64,000 nucleotides of DNA from Candidatus Bathyarchaeia archaeon (GCA_049513715.1 JBEKVV010000003.1:32001-96000); one strand, 5' to 3'; positions 20,170 through 29,495 are shown, numbered from the stretch's first letter. The notes: a model not told the origin generated them from the letters alone. Made by a program: numbers and translations.

Positions 20170-20357
20170 ACCCGGCCCAACTCATCAGCATAGAATCGGC
20201 GTTTCAGCCAAATATACGTTATTGTGGAGCTGGATGCAGCAATGCCTCTGAAAGGCGATTCTGCCCATAATTTATCCACACTTCTATTCCCTTCGGCCTG
20301 CATTCGGGCCTATGCAGCCTTAATTCCTACTCTGCGATTCCTCTACTAGATGTCCCA

Positions 20358-21308
20358 ATGATCCACAAAGACGTGGTGACTGTCGTAGAGGACGTACGAA
20401 TCAGACAGATGAGAGGCGGAACCGTTGTCACACACGAGGCCCTTACCGCCCTTCGAACCGCAGCACTAGCCTCGACCTCAAAATCGCCCGAAGAGTTCAC
20501 CGCCGAGCTAGAGGAGAATGCAAAGTACCTCACCAATATTCGCGCCGCCTCAATCCCCCTAACCAACGGGCTGCGTTATGTGGTTAGTGAAGTTCAACAA
20601 GCCAAAAGCCGCGGGGCAACTATTCAAGAATTGAAGGAGGTCGTTTCCAACTCTTCGATGCGGTTTGATCGAAAGCTGGAGGAGTCACTTCAGCAGATTT
20701 CGGAAATCGGAGCACGCAGGCTGAAGGATGGAGACGTCATAATGACGCATAGCTACAGTAGCTCGGTCATCGCGATCCTGAAGAAAGCGCATCAGCAGGG
20801 CAAGCGGTTCAAAGTGTTCGTCACGGAAACTAGGCCTGAGCTTGAAGGGCAAGACGTGGCTCGTGAACTCGCCGCCGAAGGGATCGATACGACCCTGATT
20901 ATTGATTCTGCGGTCTCGCACTTCATTGAAGACGCAGACAAGGTGATTGTGGGGGCGGAGGCTGTTGCAGCAAACGGGGCGATTGTAAACAAGATTGGCA
21001 CGGCGACCATCGCAGCAGTAGCGCACGGCGCCCGTGTGAGAGTGTTCGTTGCCGCTAGCACTTACAAATTCAGCCCGGAAACGATGTTCGGAGAACTTAT
21101 CACCATAGAAGAAAGGTCACCGTCATTCGTGTCAGACCAACTCGAAAAGAAGAAGCTGCCGAACTTGAGGATCAGGAATCCGGCCTTTGACGTAACTTCT
21201 CCACAAGACATTGACCTAATCATCACAGAACGCGGAGTCATCCCACCCCAAGCCGCAATAATGATCCTCCGCGAACAAAAGGGCCCACTGATCTTCGCGC
21301 CCCAATGA
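20358..21308 (+). CDS. eIF-2B/ribose-1,5-bisphosphate isomerase family protein
   Basis: MRGG, MTHSYSSSV, VTETRP, VGAEAV..NG..VNKIGT, NPAFDVT, ITERG. Confidence 0.9.
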   Translation: MIHKDVVTVVEDVRIRQMRGGTVVTHEALTALRTAALASTSKSPEEFTAELEENAKYLTNIRAASIPLTNGLRYVVSEVQQAKSRGATIQELKEVVSNSSMRFDRKLEESLQQISEIGARRLKDGDVIMTHSYSSSVIAILKKAHQQGKRFKVFVTETRPELEGQDVARELAAEGIDTTLIIDSAVSHFIEDADKVIVGAEAVAANGAIVNKIGTATIAAVAHGARVRVFVAASTYKFSPETMFGELITIEERSPSFVSDQLEKKKLPNLRIRNPAFDVTSPQDIDLIITERGVIPPQAAIMILREQKGPLIFAPQ

Positions 21309-21440
21309 AAGCAAGCCAAAACAACAACTGCTTGCGATCATACTCTGATCGCTCCTACTCCGGTCGGGGAGTCTTGCTTATGTTTCCCGTGGAAGAGTAA
21401 CACTGCAGCGAATCCGGACGTAGTTGATAAGAAGATACGA

Positions 21441-21728
21441 TTAGATCCTGTCGATGTGATCTGCGGGAAATCCCAGCTTGACCAGTTCGTCTTTGACGCG
21501 AACTCGGTGGTCTCCTTGAAGGAGAAGCTCTCCGCCTTTGGTGGTTCCCCCTGTACCGAATCGTCGTTTAAGTTCACGACCAATCTCCTCCAGACGCGCG
21601 CTAGGGAGTCCTTGGATGATCGTGACCGGTTTGCGAAACCGTCTGAACTCCAGTCTGATGACGATACGAGCTTCGCTACGGTCAAGCTCCTCTAACGGGT
21701 TGTACCCAAGATCGTCTGGTTTCTCCAT
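21441..21728 (-). CDS. Translation initiation factor SUI1 (aIF1)
   Basis: RRFRKPVTIIQG, LKRRFGTGGT.K, LLQGDHR. Confidence 0.93.
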   Translation of the reverse strand: MEKPDDLGYNPLEELDRSEARIVIRLEFRRFRKPVTIIQGLPSARLEEIGRELKRRFGTGGTTKGGELLLQGDHRVRVKDELVKLGFPADHIDRI

Positions 21729-21934
21729 GCAAGGTCAAGCCGTAACAATATAGAGCTTATAATAAGAGATTTCTCCGTTGGCAACCAACCGCCATCCAAT
21801 GCCACCCTAGAATCAAAAGACACCCAAATCGCGAGAGGGATGAGTCTTCTCCACTTCTGCTCCGGGTGACGATGTCTGTGACTGGTTTCCTGGGCTGCCT
21901 CGTCACCAAATAGGCCCACAGCCTAACGTTAGGT

Positions 21935-22867
21935 GTGAATAGCAAGATGAGTAAGCGTGTTGTTTCCTTGGAAATACTGCAATCGCTGTCAGACGCAATA
22001 ACTGAGTTGGCAGACAAAATCGGTCCTTCCGTTGTCAGGATTAGGTCCGGAAGAGGCTTCGGCACTGGAGTGGTCTGGAGAGAAGACGGATATGTTCTCA
22101 CATGCAGTCACGTCGTGGGCAGGGCCAGCGCCGTTGAGATCGGTTTTGGAAAAGGTGAGAACGTTCAGGCTAAAGTGACTGGGCATGATCCATACTCAGA
22201 CATGGCCCTTTTAAAAGTCGAGCAGAATGGCTTGAAGGCAATTGAGCTCGGAGACTCCGAGCAAATCAAAGTTGGTCAACTCGTCTTTGCTTTCGCCAAT
22301 CCTTTCGGCCGACGCCCGAGCACCACATCAGGAATCGTCACAACCGCAAACGCCGCATTGGGATGGGGGCGAGGGTTCATGGAAAACATGATCATTACAG
22401 ACGCGCCGTTGAACCCTGGCTATTCAGGTGGCCCCCTGGTTGACGCATCGGGCAAAATGATAGGGCTCAACGTGGCCTACGCTAACTCTCGCGGTATCGC
22501 AATTCCAATCAACGCCAGCAAGATGATCATTGACAGCCTCATCCGTGAGGGTAGAATCAGAAGGGCACATCTAGGAATCATGACGGACACCCTAAGCTTC
22601 TCGCAGGATATCGCTAAACAGGCGAAGATAGAGCAAGAAGAAGGACTCATGATACTCGAAGTAGAACCAGACAGCCCAGCCAAGAAAGCAGGCCTAGTCG
22701 TTGGAGACATCGTCGTAGGATTCAACAAAGCACGGATCAGAAGCCATCAAGATCTGCACCGATTACTAACAAAAGACATCATCGGAAAACCAGTTGAGAT
22801 AGAAATCCTCCGAGCAGAAAAACTCGTCAAGTTAACGATTAGCTCCACTGAAGACGAGCCCTCATAA
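21935..22867 (+). CDS. HtrA/DegP-like serine protease with one PDZ domain
   Basis: LTCSHVV, DMALL, NPGYSGGPL triad; SPAKKAGL..GD PDZ. Confidence 0.92.
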   Translation: MNSKMSKRVVSLEILQSLSDAITELADKIGPSVVRIRSGRGFGTGVVWREDGYVLTCSHVVGRASAVEIGFGKGENVQAKVTGHDPYSDMALLKVEQNGLKAIELGDSEQIKVGQLVFAFANPFGRRPSTTSGIVTTANAALGWGRGFMENMIITDAPLNPGYSGGPLVDASGKMIGLNVAYANSRGIAIPINASKMIIDSLIREGRIRRAHLGIMTDTLSFSQDIAKQAKIEQEEGLMILEVEPDSPAKKAGLVVGDIVVGFNKARIRSHQDLHRLLTKDIIGKPVEIEILRAEKLVKLTISSTEDEPS

Positions 22868-22962
22868 GAAGCCGCACGCTCAACCCACCCATTAGTTTAC
22901 TACTGCCACCAAAATTCTCGCCCTCACATCAGTGCATCCTCTGACACCACATCGCGGAGTGG

Positions 22963-23316
22963 TCAAGGGGCACGAACGAAATGAGGCATCTCATCCGGAA
23001 TTACTAGAGAGAGTTCGACAAACCCGCAGTACTCCCCTGCCTTGTACCAGGGTGTTTGGAATATCAGTTTTCGAACACCGTTCTTCTCTATTGTGTATAC
23101 GTTGGCCTGTCGTTTTTCCATAAGCTGCTTGAGTTTAGTCAGTGCAGCTTCTGAGTGGCAGTCAAGCAAATTGGTACCGATTAGTTCCCGACCGCCATCG
23201 TCCTTGAAGCCCTCCGCAGCCTTGGCGTTCATCTCTAGAATGATGCCGTCTGAATTGCACACGGTAATTGCGCCGGGAAATTCCTCTACCCACAAATGAT
23301 CTGCCACCTTGACCAA
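22963..23316 (-). CDS. Stand-alone PAS domain protein
   Basis: AITVCNSDG.ILEMN, LIG.NLLDCH. Confidence 0.85.
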   Translation of the reverse strand: MVKVADHLWVEEFPGAITVCNSDGIILEMNAKAAEGFKDDGGRELIGTNLLDCHSEAALTKLKQLMEKRQANVYTIEKNGVRKLIFQTPWYKAGEYCGFVELSLVIPDEMPHFVRAP

Positions 23317-23410
23317 ATCGCTATTACTCCTAAGGAGAACTATCGTCGACGTCCTTAGAAGATTTTTGTTTCACTTCCAACGATGCCGCCCGGTTGCCCG
23401 GGGTCTTGTT

Positions 23411-23809
23411 TCATTGCGTTTTCGAGAAAGTCAAGGAAGCGGAGTTGATGCAGTAGCGCAGTCCAGTTGGTTCGGGGCCGTCGCCGAAGACATGGCCTAG
23501 GTGTGCATTGCATACACTGCATGCGACTTCTGTGCGTTTCATGAAGAAACTCCTATCGGACTCCGTTTTCACACTATTCTGCGCTATTGGGGTCCAGAAG
23601 CTGGGCCATCCAGTTCCAGATTCAAACTTACTTTCGGAACCAAAAAGTCCGTTGCCGCAACAAACGCATTGGTAGATTCCCTTCTCGTGATTGTTCCAGT
23701 AGGTGCCAGTGAACGGTCTTTCGGTTCCCTTTTTCCGGGCGACCCGATACTGTTCCGGGGTGAGTAGTTGCTTCCACTCCGCGTCTGTTTTAGTGACCTG
23801 TTGATTCAT
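23411..23809 (-). CDS. msrB: Peptide-methionine (R)-S-oxide reductase
   Basis: GTERPF, KFESGTGWPSF, HLGHVF.DGP.PTGLRYCINS. Confidence 0.97.
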   Translation of the reverse strand: MNQQVTKTDAEWKQLLTPEQYRVARKKGTERPFTGTYWNNHEKGIYQCVCCGNGLFGSESKFESGTGWPSFWTPIAQNSVKTESDRSFFMKRTEVACSVCNAHLGHVFGDGPEPTGLRYCINSASLTFSKTQ

Positions 23810-23899
23810 CTCTAAATCTCACATGGTTGAAGTAGGTCTTAGTCCTATCCCTTATTCGACATAAGTTGGATTCCTCGATCGAACGAGCTAGGTGAAAGA

Positions 23900-24349
23900 G
23901 TGGAACGCTTGCGTAAAATCTCCTGCGTGGCAATCGGTGTCTTGGCGCTCTCGGTTTGCCTGCCTTGGTTGACTGTGACCCTGAACCTATCTGAGATTGA
24001 GCGGGGAACGCAGCAGTATTCCATCCTCGGCGTTTCAATTACGACCCTGTCTCCCTCGGCCTCGGGTTCAACGTTCGTTTCCACTCCGTATTTTGTGGGG
24101 CTCTTCGATGTCCCTTACTTCACGTTTTCAGCGTTACTGCTTCTAGTTGCTTTGGTTTCCGGCCTGATCTCCATTGTGCTTAGGAAACCAAGATTGCAGT
24201 TGCTCGCTGCCGCTGCAGCTCTTCAAGGTGCCCATTTCTTGATGGACTTCGCGATCTCTAGGATATTCTCTGGAGTCTGCTCTTTATCTACTGTTAAAGC
24301 GAGGTACCCATCTTTCACCCGCATGATCAAGCTCGTGACCTTCTCGTAG
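23900..24349 (+). CDS. Membrane protein, probably truncated at the 3' end
   Basis: LPW after TM1 and a second TM; last 127 nt overlap the convergent gene. Confidence 0.45.
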   Translation: MERLRKISCVAIGVLALSVCLPWLTVTLNLSEIERGTQQYSILGVSITTLSPSASGSTFVSTPYFVGLFDVPYFTFSALLLLVALVSGLISIVLRKPRLQLLAAAAALQGAHFLMDFAISRIFSGVCSLSTVKARYPSFTRMIKLVTFS

Positions 24350-24579
24350 TTGACCACGACGCTTCCAACCGCCCCAGTCCACGGGCTCATGCGTTCACAA
24401 ATAGACGTAACGAGCAACGGGCCCATTTGCATGAATGAGTATTCCGCGTCCTCTGGCGAGAGGCTCTTCAACCCATCTCGCTGCTTCGCAAAGACAACGT
24501 CCCCGCGCTCGGACGCAAGGCCAACCCACCTGATTTTTGAGTGAATTTTGAAGATATCTTCCGGAGTTATTTCTGTCAA
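24223..24579 (-). CDS. Roadblock/profilin-like fold protein (DUF6659-like)
   Basis: KIRWVGL....G......R.GL.SL and G.V....VNYEKV patterns. Confidence 0.75.
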   Translation of the reverse strand: MTEITPEDIFKIHSKIRWVGLASERGDVVFAKQRDGLKSLSPEDAEYSFMQMGPLLVTSICERMSPWTGAVGSVVVNYEKVTSLIMRVKDGYLALTVDKEQTPENILEIAKSIKKWAP

Positions 24580-25076
24580 TCCTTTGGCCTCGGAAGAATC
24601 TCACATCTCATTGCATTACTCTTTTCGTCGTAGGCCGCATTTCTAGCCTCAAAATCCCTACCGAGCAAAGCGCTCAGCGCCCCGCACCACCAAGAGAAGA
24701 GAAAGGATTTCGCGGCGCCGATAGTTCCTTTGACGCAGGGGTTGAATATTTCCAACAGAATTGGCTGGTCTTGTTGTTCGGGAAGCGTTACCGTGGTGAT
24801 TCCCACACCCGTCAATGAATCATACTTGATCAGCACGTCGATAAGATCTCTGACGGAGGAGTTCGGCCGCTCCTTGCGAAACAACTCAGTTTCCTGTTTT
24901 CCTCCGCGAAACTCAAGATTGTTTATGATGACATCTGAAACTGGAACGCCCACTAGGGAATCAAGATAGTTGCATAAGTCCTGGGGGGTGATGGCCAATT
25001 GGCGACGGCCCAAAATGCGAAGCTCGCCTTTCTCTTTGTCCCAGACGAGCTCGTCGCTCAAAGAACTCCACAACAC
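24576..25076 (-). CDS. V4R-like domain protein
   Basis: GELRILGRR, TGVGI, NP, WWCGALSALLG, C-terminal CEI; 4-bp overlap with the next gene. Confidence 0.7.
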   Translation of the reverse strand: MLWSSLSDELVWDKEKGELRILGRRQLAITPQDLCNYLDSLVGVPVSDVIINNLEFRGGKQETELFRKERPNSSVRDLIDVLIKYDSLTGVGITTVTLPEQQDQPILLEIFNPCVKGTIGAAKSFLFSWWCGALSALLGRDFEARNAAYDEKSNAMRCEILPRPKD

Positions 25077-25159
25077 CCACTAAGGAAACTTGCCTAATGA
25101 AGGTCGCGTTCAGGAATTACGAAATGGAGAACCTTTTCCTTCTAATGTTCATCCTCGAA

Positions 25160-25318
25160 TCATGTCTCTGTCCGGGCAGAGCGCTTACGTCCCGGAGACT
25201 CCGCGGCGAAGCTCCCTTGTTTTCCGCACCAAGATTGATGCATCTCGTACAACCGTTTCCCCTCCGCGTCGTTAGTGAACTTCGCGCCACATCGGCATAC
25301 AGTATATTCCTCGGACAA
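25160..25318 (-). CDS. 52-aa C2HC zinc-finger-like protein (not in ORF track)
   Basis: TTG start after GAGGTG; MSEEYTVCRCGAKFTNDAEGKRLYEMHQSWCGKQ... Confidence 0.6.
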   Translation of the reverse strand: MSEEYTVCRCGAKFTNDAEGKRLYEMHQSWCGKQGSFAAESPGRKRSARTET

Positions 25319-25498
25319 GGTCGGTAGCACCTCACAAAGCAGTCAAGGGTCAGAACCCTAATAGGCTGTATTAAGCTCACATTCTCCTTGGCTAAGCGGA
25401 GGAACGCAATTTGTTCGGCGCTTCCGCGAGAGGCGGTTATGTTGAGACGGACGACTCATAGAGCTCTAAGGACGATCGGCTCATAGAGGGAACAGAGC

Positions 25499-25888
25499 TT
25501 GGCGGTTTTTATCGTTCATGAACATTGGGCTACTGCTCACCATTTCGATTTTCGACTAGAGATGGATGGGGTGTTGAAATCGTGGGCTGTACCGAAAGGC
25601 CCACCTATAGCAAGTGGCATCAAGCGACTCGCTATGGCGGTGGATGACCATCCGCTCGAGTATGGCTCGTTCCAGGGGACAATCCCCGAGGGAGGATACG
25701 GTGCGGGCAAGGTCATAATCTGGGATCATGGAGACTACACGCTAAAGGAAAGAACCGCGCGGGTAATCCAATTCGAGCTTCACGGAGCCAAATTGAAAGG
25801 GGATTACGAGCTCTTGTATTGGAAAGAAGAGCGCGGCCGCGCCCAATGGCTCCTATTCATGCCCTCAAAGAAAGAGAAGAAAAACTGA
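25499..25888 (+). CDS. Stand-alone LigD 3'-phosphoesterase domain protein
   Basis: HEH.A..HHFDFRLE..GVLKSWAVPKGP, DDHPLEY..F.G.IP.G.YGAG.V.IWD.G. Confidence 0.93.
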   Translation: MAVFIVHEHWATAHHFDFRLEMDGVLKSWAVPKGPPIASGIKRLAMAVDDHPLEYGSFQGTIPEGGYGAGKVIIWDHGDYTLKERTARVIQFELHGAKLKGDYELLYWKEERGRAQWLLFMPSKKEKKN

Positions 25889-25911
25889 CCGACTTCAACG
25901 CAACACGCTAT

Positions 25912-26286
25912 TCAGAGCAACTCAATCCAAATTCCATTTGGATCTTTCACGTAGACCTCAGTTCCCTTAGAATCAGCCGGGCTAACAGCAACCCTGGCAC
26001 CTTTTCGAACCAATTCCCTGAAAGCATCTTTCACATCGTCAACTCGGAACGCAAGGTGGTCAAGCTCCTCGCCTTTAGAGTACTTCGCGTAGAATCTAGT
26101 TCTTGGGGGGTACCAGTTCAGTTCCAGCCTCTGAGGTGACCCGAGGCTTCTCAGGTGCACGTACTTCCCACCATGGGGCATTCGTCCTCTGCTGGTCACT
26201 TTCATCCCGAAAACCTTTGTGTAGAACTGCAGAGATTCGTGCATGTCTTTGACCCGTATGCCGGTGTACGTGAAACGAAATCTCAT
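25912..26286 (-). CDS. VOC/glyoxalase family protein
   Basis: IRVKDM.ESL.FY...FG, DHLAF.VDD, KDPNGIWIEL. Confidence 0.9.
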   Translation of the reverse strand: MRFRFTYTGIRVKDMHESLQFYTKVFGMKVTSRGRMPHGGKYVHLRSLGSPQRLELNWYPPRTRFYAKYSKGEELDHLAFRVDDVKDAFRELVRKGARVAVSPADSKGTEVYVKDPNGIWIELL

Positions 26287-26352
26287 AGGCTCCCGCTCGC
26301 TGGGCTTGGCGTATAGATTTTATGCCGACGTGAGACGGTGGTCACTGATTGC

Positions 26353-27123
26353 TCACGTGCTCTTTTGGATGACGGCGATGTATACTCCACTCTTGCCGTC
26401 AAACGTTTTCGAAATTCTCCATCCGGTGCCCTTCAGTAATTTGCGCATCTCCTGTTCGGAAACGATAAGATAGTCGAACCAGGGCGTGGCATATGTCCGG
26501 TATCTGACTCGTATTCTCAGTTGACCAGACATTCTTCCCCGGCGCCTGTTGAATTGCTGATACTGTAGGTGGTCTTGGTTGGTTGTTTTGTACGGGTTAC
26601 GGCTTTCGGCTATGATTCTAGCATCGTCGCTGGTTATTCTATGGAGCCGCTTCAACAGTTGCTTTGCTTTCTTGGGGCTGCCGAATAGTCCAAAATTGTT
26701 CCCGAACATGATTATGGTGTCGAACTTTCCAAGTTCAGACCCAATCTCGGTAATCGACATTACTTGTGCGTTCTTCAATCCCCGAGCTTTGCAGACCCGT
26801 ACCGCTAGTGGAGAAACGTCGATGCCCAAAACATCGTGTCCCTTTCTTTGAAGGTGGAGCGATATTCTGCCTGCTCCGCAGCCGATGTCCAGAACCCTAC
26901 CTTTCACGTAACGTAATGCTCTCTTCTCCCTAGGGCTCCAATCTCTGTATCTCGAGAAATAGGCGGGTGGCCCAGAGGAGATGTCAACGAATCCATCGTC
27001 CCTTTCCACAATTTCCGAAGTGGGACGGCCACTTTTGAGGTAGTCGTACACCTCATGCCCGTATGCGTCCTGTTGGTCTTTCATCAAACTGAGCCATCGT
27101 TGAGCGCGACGGGAGTTCCGCAT
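26353..27123 (-). CDS. Class I SAM-dependent methyltransferase
   Basis: VLDIGCGAGR, GIDVSP, FDTIIMFGNN; start may be ATG 27084. Confidence 0.9.
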   Translation of the reverse strand: MRNSRRAQRWLSLMKDQQDAYGHEVYDYLKSGRPTSEIVERDDGFVDISSGPPAYFSRYRDWSPREKRALRYVKGRVLDIGCGAGRISLHLQRKGHDVLGIDVSPLAVRVCKARGLKNAQVMSITEIGSELGKFDTIIMFGNNFGLFGSPKKAKQLLKRLHRITSDDARIIAESRNPYKTTNQDHLQYQQFNRRRGRMSGQLRIRVRYRTYATPWFDYLIVSEQEMRKLLKGTGWRISKTFDGKSGVYIAVIQKST

Positions 27124-27175
27124 TTTTGTTTGGGTTATGAGCTTACGCTGTGGAATGAAGTGACAATGCGGGAAT

Positions 27176-27207
27176 TTGTGAAGAAAAAGCGTAAGGAAGA
27201 AAAGATG
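27176..27207 (-). terminator. Oligo-U terminator after rpl12
   Basis: UCUUUUCUUCCUUACGCUUUUUCUU directly after the rpl12 stop. Confidence 0.5.
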
Positions 27208-27216
27208 TCTTGGAAT

Positions 27217-27510
27217 CTAGCCGAACAGTGCGCCGAGTCCTGCTAATGCCTCTTCGTCTTTCTTCTTTTCTTCTCCAGGTTTCTTCTCGTCCTTCTTTGC
27301 TTCTGCTGGGGCAGCAGCGGCTGCTACTGGTATTGCCTGCGCGGCCTTCAGAGCATCTTCGATTTTGATCTCTGATAACGCGGCAACCAACGCTTTGACT
27401 CTTGGTTCGTCGCTCTTGACTCCAGCGGCTGTTAGGACTTTCTTCACGGTTTCTTCAGTAATCTTTCCACCTGCTGAGTGGAGCAGAAGCGCTGCGTAGA
27501 CATACTCCAT
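27217..27510 (-). CDS. rpl12: 50S ribosomal protein L12 (P1)
   Basis: [12 protein letters not shown]-terminal GLGALFG. Confidence 0.97.
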   Translation of the reverse strand: MEYVYAALLLHSAGGKITEETVKKVLTAAGVKSDEPRVKALVAALSEIKIEDALKAAQAIPVAAAAAPAEAKKDEKKPGEEKKKDEEALAGLGALFG

Positions 27511-27562
27511 TTTTTCACACCGAATTTGATAGGGTTCCTCTGGTTACCCGAAAGCCCTCTTT

Positions 27563-28483
27563 TCAACCTTTTCCTTCGGCTGGTGCCTCGCTAGCTGCTG
27601 GTTGTGGGGGTGCGAGCGCTTCAGGTTTCACTGATGAAATTGCCGTTGAGAGAGCCTTCATGTTAGCGTAAGCCTTCCCAATAATGCGGTCCGATGTTTC
27701 CTTCGTGAAGAAACCAGACTCCACGCTAACCGCGACAGCTTGTCGGTATGCCTTTGCAATTATGACGGGGGCTGTCTCTGGAACCATGATGTTTGCCTCA
27801 ACTGCGATGCCGAGAGCGAGCCTAGCGGCAGATGAAAAGTCAGCTTTCATTTGGTCAAGGTCGAATGCGAGGTCTGTTGGGCCTAGCACGGAACCATTGT
27901 CGTATGCGTAAGAGAGTGAGAGTCCGGCTTCCATTGGTTTCATGCCCAACTTGGAAAGCAATGATGCGGTTTTGGTGGAGATGACATCGCCCTTACTCGC
28001 TACGACTGTATCTTTGGCTATGAAGATACTGCCGCCCTCGATGCGCGTCTGCACCTTAGCCTCGTTGAACTCACTAATTACAGGCCCAGGTTGCATGCCA
28101 GTGTTGCCAGCAGGGATCATGATATCGCTGCTTGCGACATCACCGCCCTTCGCGGGCACCCTGACTTTGTTCTTGTTGAGGAAGAGTATGAGCTCGAATG
28201 GGTTCATCTGAGTGAAAATTAGAACTTTGGATCCTGTCAATTGCTCAGAAAACTTTTCGATGTTCCGCTTCTCAGGAGACATCTTTTCTGAGGCTTTTCG
28301 CAAAATAGTGTTCTTTGTGACAACGAGGTCCGCTTTCCCTCGCAGCTTCTTGCGGATCTCCTGAATTTGAGAGGAACGAACCTTTTGCAAGTCGGCAACG
28401 GCGATGACCGGATATTTCTTCAGAAGCTTTGTGAGGTCGTCGAAGATCTCCCTTTTCCATACGGCTACCTGTTGAGTTAGCAT
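27563..28483 (-). CDS. rpl10: 50S ribosomal protein L10 (P0)
   Basis: WK, IRKKLRG, KNT, PAGNTG..PGP, LSKLG.KP. Confidence 0.96.
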   Translation of the reverse strand: MLTQQVAVWKREIFDDLTKLLKKYPVIAVADLQKVRSSQIQEIRKKLRGKADLVVTKNTILRKASEKMSPEKRNIEKFSEQLTGSKVLIFTQMNPFELILFLNKNKVRVPAKGGDVASSDIMIPAGNTGMQPGPVISEFNEAKVQTRIEGGSIFIAKDTVVASKGDVISTKTASLLSKLGMKPMEAGLSLSYAYDNGSVLGPTDLAFDLDQMKADFSSAARLALGIAVEANIMVPETAPVIIAKAYRQAVAVSVESGFFTKETSDRIIGKAYANMKALSTAISSVKPEALAPPQPAASEAPAEGKG

Positions 28484-28490
28484 TTTTCTA

Positions 28491-29159
28491 TCACTTCGTT
28501 AGGCCAATTTTCACAGGTTTGCTCATGGTAGCCTTGACCAGGATTTCACCTACGTTCTTGATACCACGATCAAGCTTCTGCTCTATTCTGGACGTGACGG
28601 CTAGAATGTTCTCGGCGAGCTTATCGTCCGCCATGCCCTCCGTTCCCACCCGGCATTGGAGAACTGGTTGCTCCCTCATGCGGACGCGCACCATCTTTCT
28701 GTGGCCGGCGACGACTTGGTCGATTGCCGCGTTTGGTGGAACTGGGGTCGGCATCTTGCCCCTTGGGCCTAGAAAAGAACCCAAAGCCCTACCTACCAGT
28801 GGCATTAGGGGAGCTTCGGCTATGAAAAAGTCGTAATCCTGTGCTAATTTGCGGGCAGCCTTCTTATCCTTGCCGAGATTCTCCATATCCTGCCGACTCA
28901 CAATCATGTCTGCGCCTGCCGTTTTTGCCCTGGTGGCTAAGTCTCCGGAAGCAATCACGCATATCTTCAAGGACGTTTCCGGAGGGTTGGGCAGCGGGAT
29001 AGTTTCATTGATTCGGTTTTCAGGCTTCTTTAGGTCCACTTCGCGGAGCTTCACAACCAACTCTATTGATTGTGAGAATTTCCTCTTGGTCAGGTTCTTG
29101 CGTAGCTCACTAAGTGCCCTAGCGACTTCTTCCTTGGCAAGTGGCAAGTATTTGCACAT
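28491..29159 (-). CDS. rpl1: 50S ribosomal protein L1
   Basis: KRKFSQS.EL, LGPRGKMP, K.TM.KP; start may be TTG a few codons downstream. Confidence 0.96.
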   Translation of the reverse strand: MCKYLPLAKEEVARALSELRKNLTKRKFSQSIELVVKLREVDLKKPENRINETIPLPNPPETSLKICVIASGDLATRAKTAGADMIVSRQDMENLGKDKKAARKLAQDYDFFIAEAPLMPLVGRALGSFLGPRGKMPTPVPPNAAIDQVVAGHRKMVRVRMREQPVLQCRVGTEGMADDKLAENILAVTSRIEQKLDRGIKNVGEILVKATMSKPVKIGLTK

Positions 29160-29282
29160 CTAGTCAATTTTCTGAGGGCTGTTTCCCCCTGCCTAATAAA
29201 AACGTTTTCAGCCGTGTTCCCTAGCTCAACACCTTCAGATTAATAGCAGGCGCTGCAGCCATTAGGCGAGGTTGTAAGTTCA

Positions 29283-29492
29283 TTGTCGGAAGTGAAACAG
29301 TACAAAATAACAGGCCAAATCAAGAAAGGAAAGACCCTGATTCCGTTCTCAGTGGAATTCAGCGCGCTCAAGAAAGAACATGCAATCCAGCGGCTCTATG
29401 CGGAGATGGGGAGCAGGCACGGGGCTAGGCAATTCGAAATCACAATCAAGAAAGTCGACGAAACACCCAAACCAGAAGAAGCTAAGGCGTAA
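29283..29492 (+). CDS. rplX: 50S ribosomal protein LX (L18a)
   Basis: HA...LY.EMGSRH...I.I..V; precedes prefoldin alpha. Confidence 0.9.
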   Translation: MSEVKQYKITGQIKKGKTLIPFSVEFSALKKEHAIQRLYAEMGSRHGARQFEITIKKVDETPKPEEAKA

Positions 29493-29495
29493 ACT

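Noticed and set aside
5757..28693. Other CGCACCA heptamers inside coding regions (near 5757, 13865, 24683, 25224, 28687)
   Set aside because: About 8 hits of a 7-mer are expected by chance on both strands of 64 kb, and these lack the flanking arms.
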